From: Piromyces finnis finn
Taxonomy: Eukaryota > Fungi > Neocallimastigomycota
DNA length: 64,000 nt
Direction of reading: 5' to 3'
NCBI GenBank assembly: GCA_002104945.1
Contig: MCFH01000055.1
Span: forward strand, 62,001-126,000
In this document: positions 47,562 to 60,675 of the stretch, piece after piece
Position numbering within the stretch: position 1 is the stretch's first letter
How the letters are laid out: each line of letters opens with the position of its first letter
Notes under the pieces: generated by a model
Databases searched by the model: none
Told to the model about the DNA's origin: nothing
The model's input: the letters and a program-made list of their open reading frames with translations, nothing else
Translations under genes and position numbers: made by a program

Positions 47562-49047
47562 TGTAATGTTGAACACTGAAAGAATAGATTAGGATATCTA
47601 TTCTATTACAATAACACTAAATTTAAAATAAAAATAAAAATTGTTTTATTAAAAATATCTTTTATTATAATAGAATTTTAATAATAACAATTACATCGAT
47701 AAAATGATGAAAAATATCTTCTATTTATATTTTTCCTAAATACATTTATATTATATTATAACTATTTATTTCTTATATATTATTATTTAAAATCTACACT
47801 AAAATCTTAATTATTAATAAATATTTAAACTATAACTATTTTTAGTAAAATACAATTGGCAATTCAAATTAAGTACTATTTAATTTGAATATGTGCCCAT
47901 GTATTATTGATATATTAATCATTTATTATTTATCTATTTCTATAAAAAAACAATACTAAAACTAGGGATTTAAATTGAGAATATTAATTTACTTGTTAAA
48001 CATTAAAAATAAATTAATAATTTATTTTGTTTTAAACTTTAATTATTAATAAATAAATTATGTCTCATTTTCTTTTTCTGAATATAATTTGTGTAACTTA
48101 AACAATAATACTTGTGGCTTAAGTTACATTAAAGATATCAAACAGAGGCGTTTGATATCTTTACAATCTCTCTCTCTAAGTCGAGCTCCTGCGAGATTAA
48201 TTTATAAGGAATCTTTTCTCGAAGGAATTTCAATTACAAATGGTTGGTATCTGTGCTTGATTAGATTACCAACTTTATTCTTTCTAATTTTCATGGAGGA
48301 GTCGTTCGACTTATATTTTGACTTTTTAGAGTTTCTTTCAAACTCTTGTATTAATTGTTTATCTGGAATCTGATCTTCAGAAATCCAAGTGGATTTGTCA
48401 AATCCTTTCCATGATAACTTATAAAATGTTTCACCATTAACAGATTTCATCTTTTCAATTTTCTCTGGAATTTTTTCAATTAAATCTGTGTTAAGGTGAA
48501 TGTTCCTCTTCCTACGATTAGACCTGTCGTTAAACTTGTTTTCAAAGTATGGTTCTAACAATGAAACATGAAAGACTGGATGACATCTCATTGTCTTTGG
48601 AAGTTTCAATTTGAAAGCGAGAGAACTAACTTTTTCAATTATCTCAAATGGACCAAGCATTTGAGGTGCTAATTTTTTCTTTAAGTTAGTTTCAGGAGAA
48701 TCTTTCAATAACCATACTTTCTTTCCTACTTCGAACTCCGGGGGACTCATTCTTTTCATATCGGCATATTTCTTATATGTTTCTTTTGCTTTTTCTAAGT
48801 ATTCTTTTAATAATTTAAAGTTTTCATTCATATCAATTACTCTTTGTTCAGCTCTACTAGGTCTATCATTAGCTGGAATTTCTAAGCTGAACTTTGGATG
48901 AAAACCATAATTAGCAAAGAATGGTGATTGATTTATAGATTGCTGTAAAGTATTATTATATGCAAATTCAGCAAATGGAATAAGATCAACCCAGTTATTC
49001 TGCTTCTTATTGATAAAACAACGGAAATATTGTTCTAATATGCCGTT
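47562..49047 (-). mobile_element. 5'-truncated family J copy (IN C-terminus, PPT, 3' LTR 47562-48165)
   Basis: Near-identical to 37585-39069 on the opposite strand. Confidence 0.95.
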
Positions 49048-49488
49048 GTTTATTCTTAAATAACTATTTCTATCCATTTTACTATTTCTTAATAAACAAC
49101 AAATTATTAACCAATAATTAATATCCCAATTATTTAATTTACTCAACTTTATTTTCTATACTTATTTTAAACTTTCTTATTAATAACTAAAACTAAATAA
49201 TGTATTATATATTATTAACTAAACTAGTATTTTTATATTATTACTATTTATTAATTATTAACTATTAAACTATTTTAACAACAAACTATTCTATACCAAA
49301 TAATTTTAAAATACCCCGAAATTAACTAAAATTAATTTCTAACAACAAAAATTTTTTTTTTTTAATATTCAATCCCCGAATTTAATTCTATTATTAAATT
49401 CTCACTATAATTAATAATTTTTTTTTTTACTATCAATATTATTACTTATATACAAAGGTGAACTTTCTATTCTGAAAAGTTGGAAAAT

Positions 49489-50308
49489 TGTAAAATATTC
49501 TATACTACAGTTCAGGTTTGTATACACTAAACTAAACTAACCAAATTATAAATTATTTTTAATAATATTTTTATTTATTTATTTTAAAACTATACTAAAC
49601 AACCGTTGATTACTTTACCGTGAAGGTTATTTTACCAGAGCCCTCACTAGGTAATCAATTTATATTTATTTAAAACTAAAATTATTAATCTAAACTATAA
49701 ACTAATGTTAATTTATCTATACTAAATTAACCTATACGATTTTCCAACTATCGTTTCAATAGTTGAAAAATTTTCTTTATTTATACTTTTTAAATAAATT
49801 GAATAAATTCTAATATACATGTTTTAATATTATAATTTTACATTGTTTACATTTATACATTTATTAAAAGAAATTATTTGTATTAAACTATTTAAATTCA
49901 ATTTATTTACTAAAGAATTTTCTAAACTTAAAATAAAGTTTTGATTTATTTACTATATGGTTGATTATATTTCAAACATATATTCAATTTATTTATTTCT
50001 AATTTTGAGGCTTAGTTTATAAAAAAATTTTTTTTATTATCTAAATATTTATTGGTTAAAATTTATTTAATTTAGAATTTTATTTTATCATCAAAAACTT
50101 TATCTTATCATAAAATTAAATTTTACATAAATTTATGTTAATGTATTGTGATATAAATTTTTGTAATTAAAAAATAAAATTTACATAAATTTATGTTAAT
50201 GTATTGTGATATAAATTTTATGAAATTTTACGGTACATTAATTTAATACATTATACATTATTTTAAATACGTATTAAATACATTATTCTATTAATACAAT
50301 ATTTTACA
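49489..50308 (+). mobile_element. Family M LTR-like repeat (820 bp, 11-bp inverted termini)
   Basis: TGTAAAATATT...AATATTTTACA; no TSD. Confidence 0.75.
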
Positions 50309-50315
50309 AAGGAGG

Positions 50316-51754
50316 TGTAAAATATTTAATTTAAATCTAACCTTTAAATTAAATTATTGGATTTAGGTTTGTGCTACTCTAATGTTAAAACGAAACAAAC
50401 AAACAAGACAACAACAGAAACACTTCTAATTTAATTCTTAATAATCTTTTATTTAACTTTATTCCTTTAATTTATGACAACTGACGATTACTTTACCACG
50501 AAGGTTATTTGACCAGAGCCTTCGCTAGGTAACCAGGTTTTTTAAATAAACTAAAAAAAATGTTTTATTATATGTAATGTTGAACACTGAAAGAATAGAT
50601 TAGGATATCTATTCTATTACAATAACACAAAATTTGAAAAAATAAAATAAAAAAATTGTTTTATAAAATATCTTTTATTATAATAGAATTTTAATAATAA
50701 CAATTACATCGATAAAATGATGAAAAATATCTTCTATTTATATTTTTCCTAAATACATTTATATTATATTATAACTATTTATTTCTTATATATTATTGTT
50801 TAAAATCTACACTAAAATCTTAATTATTAATAAATATTTAAACTATAACTATTTTTAGTAAAATACAATTGGCAATTCAAATTAAGTACCATTTAATTTG
50901 AATATGTGCCCATGTATTATTGATATATTAATCATTTATTATTTATCTATTTCTATAAAAAAACAATACTAAAACTAGGGATTTAAATTGAGAATATTAA
51001 TTTACTTGTTAAACATTAAAAATAAATTAATAATTTATTTTGTTTTAAACTTTAATTATTAATAAATAAATTATGTCTCATTTTCTTTTTCTGAATATAA
51101 TTTGTGTAACTTAAACAATAATACTTGTGGCTTAAGTTACATTAAAGATATCAAACAGAGGCGTTTGATATCTTTACATTATATCTTTATTAATAATCTA
51201 ATATTATTAATACTAATTAATTAATTACTAATACTAATAATTACTATTTTCCAACTATCGTTTCAATAGTTGAAAAATTCTCTTTATTTATATTTTTTAA
51301 ATAAATTGAATTAATTCTAATATACATACTTTAATATTATAATTTTAAATTGTTTACATTTATACATTTATTAAAAGAAATTATTTGTATTAAACTATTT
51401 AAATTCAATTTATTTACTAAAGAATTTTCTAAACTTAAAATAAAGTTTTGATTTATTTACTATATGGTTGATTATATTTCAAACATATATTTAATTTATT
51501 TATTTCTAATTTTGAGGCTTAGTTTAAAAAAAATTTTTTATTATCTAAAATATTTATTGGTTAAAAATTATTTAATTTAAAATTTTATTTTATCATCAAA
51601 ACTTTATCTTATCAATAAGTTAAATTTTACATAAATTTATATTAATGTATTGTGATGTAAATTTTTGTAAAATTTACGGTACATTAATTCAATACATGAT
51701 ACATTAATCTACATACGTATTAAATACATTATTTAACTAATGCAATATTTTACA
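50316..51754 (+). mobile_element. Diverged family M copy containing a J solo LTR
   Basis: Same 11-bp termini; TSD GGAGG (50311-50315, 51755-51759). Confidence 0.8.
50573..51178 (-). mobile_element. Family J solo LTR
   Basis: Matches 47562-48165; TSD TTATA. Confidence 0.95.
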
Positions 51755-51806
51755 GGAGGACCATGTAATGAATATGATAAATAATTAAATTTATAAATTA
51801 TGAATT

Positions 51807-51921
<115 letters not shown>

Positions 51922-51995
51922 TTAAAACACAGATAGTTAAAAATTAAAATAATTAACATGTATAAAATTATTAAATTAAAAATTATAAATGTAAA

Positions 51996-52026
<31 letters not shown>

Positions 52027-53737
52027 TAAATTAAATAGTTTATATTTGTTTATAATTATACTTTAAAATAATAATTTTGTATAAATAGTGATAGAATTAC
52101 TTTATTTTAAAAGATGTTCCTAATAATCCAGAGCGAAAAATTAGATATATATTTTTAAATATTAAATTCAAAAATGATTTTATAATAAAACTTATTTTTA
52201 AAAGGGTTACTAATAATCCCTGAAAATTAGAATATAAAACATACATTTTTTTTTATTTAATAATACTAGAGTTATTAAATAATGATATAATTTTATAATT
52301 AAATAAACTTTATATTTTTAAACATTAACTAATACTTGCAAATGAACAAGTATAAAAATCATTTATTTTATTTTTTTTATTTCTTTTTTAGATACAAATA
52401 TTATCACTTTCTATATTCATTTATAGAATTAAGATAATATTTTTCCATTGTATCAATGTTACGGTTCGAGGAATTTACTTTTATTTATAAAATATTAATA
52501 AATTTATTAATACTCAAAAATAATATTAAAATGAAATAAGAAAAATTGTTTTATTAATAAAATTATTTTATTAAGATATTAATATAAAATTATAAAATAA
52601 AATAAAAATAAAAATAAAAAAATATCTGTATATTCTCTAATTCTTATAATATACACCTTTTTATACTTTTTGTAAAAAATTAAGTAGTGTTAATTAAAAG
52701 AATTAGTCTTTAATTATTTACATTAATTTTAGTATTTAAATTACTTTTAAATGAATAATAAAATTACATTACTATTATAATAAATATTTATACATATTAT
52801 TAAATTGATTAACATACATTAAAAGTTTACTTTAAATATATTTCACTAAAGAATTTTACTAATTTACAGAAATATTATTTATAATTTAATTAATAAAAAT
52901 TCATTAACTTGATAAATTAAACTAAAAGTTAACTAAACTATAATTTCTCAATATATTATTATTACTAAATTAATTTTTAATTTTAATAAAATAAAATTTA
53001 AGTTCAATAAAAATAATTATTCATAATTTTAAATATAATTTAAGTGTATACATTAATTTACAAATAAGAATATTGTAAAGTTCTCATACATTTAGGAATA
53101 ATAATGGATTAGGTCATAATCATTAATTATGACAAGAATAACATTATTTGTTGGTTCCTTAACATCAAATAATGTCACAATAACATATATAAAAATTTAA
53201 AAAATTTGGACACATGGAAAAAATTAAAAATTTTTTTAAAATTTGAAAATTTGAAAAAATTTATTTTTTAAATTTTTATTAAAAAATTTCAAATTATAAA
53301 ATTTCTAATATTTGAAATTATTAAATTTTTTTTAAAAATTATTAAAATTTTATTATAAAAAATTTTATTTTAAATTTATTAACTATTTACAATAATTATA
53401 TTAATTATTAATTTATAAAAATTAAATATTTTATAATTAGACAATAATTAATTAAAATTAAAAAATGTAAATTAAAATTGTTCATGTATAAAAAGAACAA
53501 AAATTGACAAAAATTACGAATCTTTAGCGTTAGTAATTTTTTTTAACTTAAAGTTAATAAAATTTATAAACTCCTATAAAACCTACAATTTTAAAAATTT
53601 TAATATTTTTAATAACTTATTACATGCTGATATTAAGTTATTGCTAAAATAAAAATATTATTTAATTTTCTTTATATAAATATTATTAGCTTTACGCCTT
53701 CAATAGGAAAGTGTATTATAATTGTTAATTAATATAA

Positions 53738-54390
53738 TGTCAAAATCTCAATTCATGAAATTTGATATTTCATGAAATTTCATAATTTTGAAATTATTAA
53801 TTAAATTAATTAAAATATTAATTTAATAATATTTTACTAATAATTGTTTATTTAATATAAATATTAATTGGGAAGCTATTTATTATCCGGAGATAAATAG
53901 TGTAACAATTAATTAATATTAAACAAACTAATTAGTAAAATAAGATTCATTTAAACAATTATTAATATTATTTTTAACAACTTATTAATATCAATATTTA
54001 AAGAAAATTACATTTTTATATTATTATATTATTATATTTTATTAATATTTATATTTATATTATTATACATGTATAACTTAAAAATATTATTATTATTATA
54101 CTTTATTAATATCAATATTATATTAAAAATGAAAGTATAAATAAGTTGAACAAAGAACGATTTTAAGAAGTTCTTTGTGAGATTATTATACTCATTTTTA
54201 TATAGTAAATTCAATATTTAAAAATTAATAATTATCATTTATTTATATTATAAAAATTAAATAAAACATTTCTTAAAAAACTATATTTATTACTCTTTTA
54301 TTTATAAAAATTTATTATTTACTATATAATTAAGCCTATCCTAACCTAGTAGACTTAATTATAGTTCTAAATCCACTCTAACTCTTGACA
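53738..54390. mobile_element. Solo LTR, family D
   Basis: TGTC..GACA; TSD TATAA. Confidence 0.92.
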
Positions 54391-54444
54391 TATAACTAGC
54401 GTGCTTACCACACTTTTCTTTAATAAAAAATCGCTTTTTGACAA

Positions 54445-55071
54445 TGTAAGAAATTAGATTTATTTTATAATAAATAATCTATATTTCTTATTAAAATTAA
54501 TTTATTATATTTTTTATTTAACCTTTAATATTTTATTAAATTTTATTAAATTTTATTATAATGCATAATGTATTTTAAATGTAATGTAAATTATTGTATT
54601 TAGAAAAAATCGATTATTAGAATTTTCCCGAATCCATTCGGTTTTATCTAATAATACGATGATTGATAAGAATAGATTATCAATTGAAACTTTTCTAGTT
54701 TTTTCTTCTAATCTTTTTCTAGAAAAGAAATTTATTAAGATTAGAACTTTCTTTTATTTTTTAAGTTTTTATATAAAAAGACCTCTTGAGTTTCATTTGA
54801 AAATCAAGAGTTATTATTATAAGAAATTATAATAAATAACATAAATAAATAGATACACTTTTAACATAAATAAAACATTCCTATAATAAAAAATATTTTA
54901 AACCCTAACACAAACGTTATTTATAGGCTCTTATAATAAGCTCGATAAGTATATTCTTCTTTATTTTAATAAATAGTTTTCTTATCATTATCTCATTTTA
55001 ACAATTAGTGTTAAAATGTAGCTAATAATTTTATTATGTGAAATACTAATGTATATAATAAAATTATTACA
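54445..55071. mobile_element. Solo LTR, family L
   Basis: TGTAA..TTACA; TSD GACAA. Confidence 0.88.
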
Positions 55072-55081
55072 GACAAATAAT

Positions 55082-55579
55082 TGTAAAAGGTGTTTTTTAT
55101 AAAATTAGTTAATAAGTTATATATTTAGTTAATTAAGTTAGTTATTACCTCTATATACGAGTTAATAACTAAATAAAGTTTTATAAAAAAATAATAAAAG
55201 AACGAAAATAAATATTATAACACAAAAATAAATATAAGTATATATAAATATTATTATGAAATAAATTTACTTAAATAATTGCTTTTTAATTATATCTTTT
55301 ATTTATTTAGTATAATTATAATACATTAATTATTATTTTAGCTATTAATTTACTTTAATACTAACGCTAAAGTATTTAACGTTAGTTTTAACTATACTAT
55401 TTAACTATATTAGTTTATTTTCTTTACCACTTGATTGGGTAAAGCAAATAAACTTTCTATTTAATTAATAACCATTAATATATGGTTATACATATATCTG
55501 GCCAATAAATGGTGACCAGAATATATGGTTTCAATTGAAATATTTGTGGGCAAACTTATGGCCACAAATATTTTTTACA
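55082..55579 (-). mobile_element. Family F solo LTR (diverged), 11 bp upstream of the G-LTR tRNA-like cassette
   Basis: Collinear with the F LTR; TAAT duplicated on both sides. Confidence 0.93.
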
Positions 55580-55997
55580 TAATAGAAATAACTAAATTGT
55601 CTTAGTGGTTAGTAGCTAAGAATTTGAATCTGAATGTAACTAGTTCGAGACCTAATAGGTACTATTTTAAAAATTATAATTTTATTTTATTTTTAAATTT
55701 TATTTTATATGAAGATTATTGATTGGCTAAGAATTTTAAGTTGAAAAAATTTTATAAATTAATTTAAAAATTTTAGTATAAATACGAGTGAATTTTCCCA
55801 AATATTTTAAAAAATCGAGATTTTATTAATAAATAATTATATTATTAAACACTAACTTATTAAGTTAAATTCTATGTGTTTTTAATAATATTTTTATAAA
55901 TTAATAATTTACAGAATATTTTAAAGTGTTAATATTACTAAGTTATTTAGTAAATATTATAACTTGTTTTTTATTGTTAAAAACACATTTCTTTACA
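55580..55997 (+). mobile_element. Family G solo LTR, extreme 5' end split by the F and L insertions
   Basis: Collinear with 41536-41957 and 47099-47540. Confidence 0.92.
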
Positions 55998-55999
55998 TC

Positions 56000-56188
56000 C
56001 ATTAATTTAAATATTTATCCAAATTTCATTTCTTAACCTTGATATTTTAAAATTAATTATTATTTAATTATTCCATAAAATTTATTGAATAAATTTTATA
56101 AATAATTTCCATTAAAATATCAAGATTTTTATTTAACAATTATTAATTAATTATTGAATAATTTAAAGATATATCTTATATCTTTACA
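56000..56188. mobile_element. LTR fragment, family Q (also ~60900-61086)
   Basis: Both end AAAGATATA..TATATCTTTACA, related to the J terminus. Confidence 0.5.
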
Positions 56189-56510
56189 ATAAACAAATAA
56201 GTTTATCAACCTATTGGGAATGAATTTTATTTTTCTATATAAATCTTTTTAATTCATACATTAGTAAATTTTTATATAGATACACGTTACAGGTTTGCAT
56301 TAATTCTTGACATAATATCAAAAATTTCTTTAATTTGATTAATTACATCTTTGCATTCGTAAAGATCCGTAGCCTTTAAAGAGTACATCTTCTTCATCCA
56401 ATATTGAATATCAGCATATTTCTTTTTGCCATACATAGATCTTAGCTTTTTCATAATATCATAAACTGATGATAATCTCTTGATATAATCTAGCACTTCC
56501 TTTGAAACGT

Positions 56511-57357
56511 TGTGTTAAATCACGCAGATTCGGGTTAGGTTTGGATTAATTAACTAGGTCAGGAATGGTTATAAACTAATAATAATAGAAACTAATTTTC
56601 TTAATTATCCGGTTATTGGATGAAATTATATGCAATGGATTTATTAACTAAAATGACACTTTAATTTCAAATTTCATTAAAATGAAATTAAGTTTTAAAT
56701 CAACTTTTATTTATAAAATTAGTTATAAGGGAAATCTAATGTAATTTATTAATCTTTACTATTATTAATTTATCTAATTAAAATTAATAATCTTACTACT
56801 GATCAACATTTAACTAAACTACTCTATTTATACTAATTTCTCAAAGTTACAATTTTTACATAATTAATTCACATGGCTATTTTATTAATATTAATTAATT
56901 AATTTTTGTAACTATGATTTTTATAAACTGTCACGAGTAATAATAATTATTAATATAATATATTATTATTTTAAGTCATGAGTTTAAATAACTTCTCACA
57001 ACTTTTATCATCTGATTACTAATTTAGTAATTAATAATTAAATTTATTATTAATAGTAATACTTAAACCAATACCTAAAAGTTTAGAAAATTTTTTATTA
57101 ATTTTAAGTGTGAAATTTTTAATATTTAATTTATATTGAATTCCCTTTAATTGGTCATAAGTAACTCAACTTTTTGGAATATTGATGATTTAAATGTACC
57201 AAAAGATAGCTTAGGCCTTTAGCTTTCTAATGTTCATAATATCATCAAAGTAATTTGATTTTTCCAGTAATTTTCTTGGGTTTCGTAATTCACACTTTAT
57301 TTAAGGGTTAGGTGTTCACATCTATGGGATTATCTAAATCCACTTAGATTCGTGACA
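56511..57357. mobile_element. Solo LTR, family B
   Basis: Matches 12991-13844; CGT duplicated on the flanks. Confidence 0.87.
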
Positions 57358-57370
57358 CGTTGGTGCTAAT

Positions 57371-57803
57371 TGTAACGTATAAAGGTTTTATCTCTTTTCA
57401 CCAAAATTGTATTTCGGGGTTCCTCAAGCTGGTTTCGCTGTCAGGTTGTTGGACGCTGACCTATTTGTAATGCGTTCGACTCCAGGTTCTCTATATTATG
57501 GATTAAATATAGCGATTGCTATATTTAATCCTTAATGTTTATCTATTTCTATTTCTTCTTTTTTTATTTAAATAATTGAAGTAACCAACCGTTATGAATG
57601 ATATTTATTAATAATTATTGAATAAGAATATTTATAAATAGTAAATATAAATGATTTATGAAATTAATGTATATTTAGTCTTTAGTATTAAGGTTAATTT
57701 GTGTTAATAATATTAAATAATCATATTATTAATAAAATATACTATTAATACAAAAAATAGTTAATTAGGATTGTGTTAACCTGAGTCTCTCGCGTTGTTT
57801 CAC
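57371..57803. mobile_element. Solo LTR, family O
   Basis: TGTAACG..TTTTCA; TSD CTAAT; removing it restores the gag frame. Confidence 0.85.
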
Positions 57804-59020
57804 TAATGATCGTTCAAGCTAGTGCATCCATTGCTTCTGCTTCATCGATCTCTTCTTCCATTTCTTTTATAACCTGTTTGTTTTGGATGGTATTCCCTTT
57901 TTCAGTTTCAAGCTTTTTCTTAAGTTCTTCAACTTTATTAGTTTTAACATAGCTTAAGATTTTCTTGGATTTGAGAATGTTGTTGATAAGGAATTCTCAT
58001 TCTTCAAAATTATCTTTGTTAAGACGTTCTTCAGGTTGTAGTTTTAATTCTTGAGACATGTCGCAAATAAAGAGGAATTGAGACTCTTAATCTTTTATTA
58101 GTTAAAATATTATTAAAAATATAGTTTAATTTTATTATTAATATTAATAGATTATGGTAATTACAAAGAATTAATTAACGAGAAATTGAATAAGTTTATA
58201 CTATAAAATGTGGCTAGTTATAAAATTAAAAACTATTGCTAATAAATGTTCTTAGAACATGTAAATTACTAATACACTACTAATTATTATTAATACATTA
58301 TTAAATATTACTAATACATTATTAATTATTTTAAACAGAAAATAAAATTATTTTAACACATATTTAATTTATTCTAAAATATTCTAACACAATTATATAA
58401 TCTAAGAATAAATATTAAGTAATTTAATATTAATTCTTACAGTAATAATTTTATTACATGTATTAATATTTCACATAATAAAATTATTAACTACATTTTA
58501 ACACTAATTGTTAAAATGAGATAATTATAAGGAAACTAATTATTAAGATATAAAAAAAATAAAATATACTTATCGAGTTTATTATAAGAGTCTAAAAATA
58601 AATAACGTTCGGGTTAGGGTTTAAAATATTTTTTATTATTTATTATAAGGATGTTTTATTAATATTAAAAGTGTATCAGTTTATTTATGTTATTTATTGT
58701 AATTTCTTATAATAATAACTCTTGATTTTCAAATGAAACTCAAGAAGTCTTTTTATATAAAAATTTAAAGAATGTATTGATTACAATAACAACAACATTG
58801 AAAGATATCATTTAATTATTGGCAATAACATAAAATATAATCATGAAATTAAATGTGTGATGAATGTGAAAAATGTACAAAATCAATATTCTAAAGACAC
58901 TGATTATAATATTGTCACATTAAATGGACAAGAAGATATAAATATTAATAATTCATATGGAAGAGTCGTTGATAATATAAATATGTTAATTAGAGATAAT
59001 TATTCAGGCATTGATTTATA

Positions 59021-60675
59021 CTTTATCTTAGATTTTGGAAGGTTTTAGCCAGACTTTTTAGCCAGGCAAAATGTGACCTCTGGTATAATTTTGGCCAGGC
59101 AAATGTCAACGAAACCAGAAAATCTAAGCAAAAGAATAAATTCCCTACTGTAACGAATCATAGAAATAAAGAAATTGTCTTAGTGGTTAGTAACTAAGAC
59201 TTTGGTCCGAATGTCTTGAGTTCGAGACTTCTAAATTACTTTTTTTTATTTTTATTTTAATTTTTTATTTTGATTTTTTATCAACTCGAAATTCTTTGAT
59301 TGGTTAAGAAATTTAAGTTGTAAAAAATCTTTTAGATTAATTTTAAAAATTTTTATATAAATACGAGTGGATTTTTCTAAATTTAAAAAAATTGAGTTTT
59401 TATTAATTAATAAATTATTGTTAAACACTAACCTATTAAGTTAAAATTTGTGTGTTTTTAATAATAATTTTAAATATTAATAATTAACAGTAAGATAAAA
59501 GTGTTTTATATTTACTAAGTTATTTTAGTAAATTATTATAAATTTCTTTTATTGTTAAGAACACATTTCTTTACACCTACTCATATAATCTTAAAACGAG
59601 CAAGATTAGTTCAAAAAGAATTTGAGGAAGCGTAAGCTTTCCTAATTCGTCAGGGCATGAGTAATGCCCTTGAACATATTCGCCGCTCGGGCTATATCTA
59701 TGGGAGACATTGCTTCCGGTAGGTAAAATTGGGTACTAGTCTCTAATAGTGGGGGGACAAAAGTGCATCATAAGGGTAAAAGAAAAGCATGTGCCACAAT
59801 TAAAAGGATAGATGCATCTAATTGGAGACAAAAGAAAAGCATGTGCCACAATCAAAAGGATAGATTCACTATAATGGGAGACATTTAGGTTACACAAGAT
59901 TTGATATACCTAGGTTTACATATATTAATAGAATTGGGTATGGTTACGAAAAAAGTACAGTTTATCACCCTACGTGGTGGCTTCTTTTCGTACCATACTA
60001 TAATAGAGAAGGTATCACTTCACGAAACGAACCTAGGACGTAGCCTAGTAAAGTGTAGTTGTTTCGTATTCGTTGATGTTACTTAATGCTTTTCTATATT
60101 TGTAAAATTATTTCATAACAGTATCACATGTAAGAATTTTTTAATCTAAAAAATTCTTCATGTTTATATTAGAGTCATTCTATAATACAACAGAAGAACT
60201 TTTTAATCAAAAGGTTCTCCTGTTTACTTTAGTTAAAAATATTTTCATAATGCCAAGAAATAATCTTGTGTAACCTAAATGTCACCCATAATATTATATC
60301 TCCCATTACAGTGCATCTATCCTTTTGATTATGGCACATGCTTTTCTTTTACCCTTATGATGCACTTTTGTCCCCCCACTATTAGAGACTAGTACCCAAT
60401 TTTACCTACCGGAAGCAATGTCTCCCATAGATATAGCCCGAGCGGCGAATATGTTCAAGGGCATTACTCATGCCCTGACGAATTAGGAAAGCTTACGCTT
60501 CCTCAAATTCTTTTTGAACTAATCTTGCTCGTTTTAAGATTATATGAGTAGGGAATTTATTCTTTTGCTTAGATTTTCTGGTTTCGTTGACATTTGCCTG
60601 GCCAAAATTATACCAGAGGTCACATTTTACCTGGCTAAAAAGTCTGGCTAAAACCTTCCAAAATCTAAGATAAAG
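59021..60675. mobile_element. Long inverted-repeat (foldback) element; arms 59021-59901 and 60262-60675
   Basis: ~414-bp arms are near-perfect reverse complements once the G LTR is removed; 360-bp spacer. Confidence 0.85.
59149..59575 (+). mobile_element. Diverged family G solo LTR
   Basis: TGTAACGAAT..TTCTTTACA; TSD CCTAC; the other arm lacks it. Confidence 0.93.

Larger units (their letters stand above)
56290..58059 (-). pseudogene. gag: Ty1/copia gag relic split by the O and B LTRs
   Basis: Rejoined: MSQELKLQPEERLNKDNFEE*EFLINNILKSKKILSYV...MDALA*TIISTNVSKEVLDYIKRLSSVYDIMKKLRSMYG; stops and a frameshift. Confidence 0.7.

Noticed and set aside
37585-50308. One large segmental inversion (37.6-41.5 kb versus 47.6-50.3 kb)
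   Set aside because: The inverted matches are separate J and M copies in non-collinear order, and the J LTR ends differ
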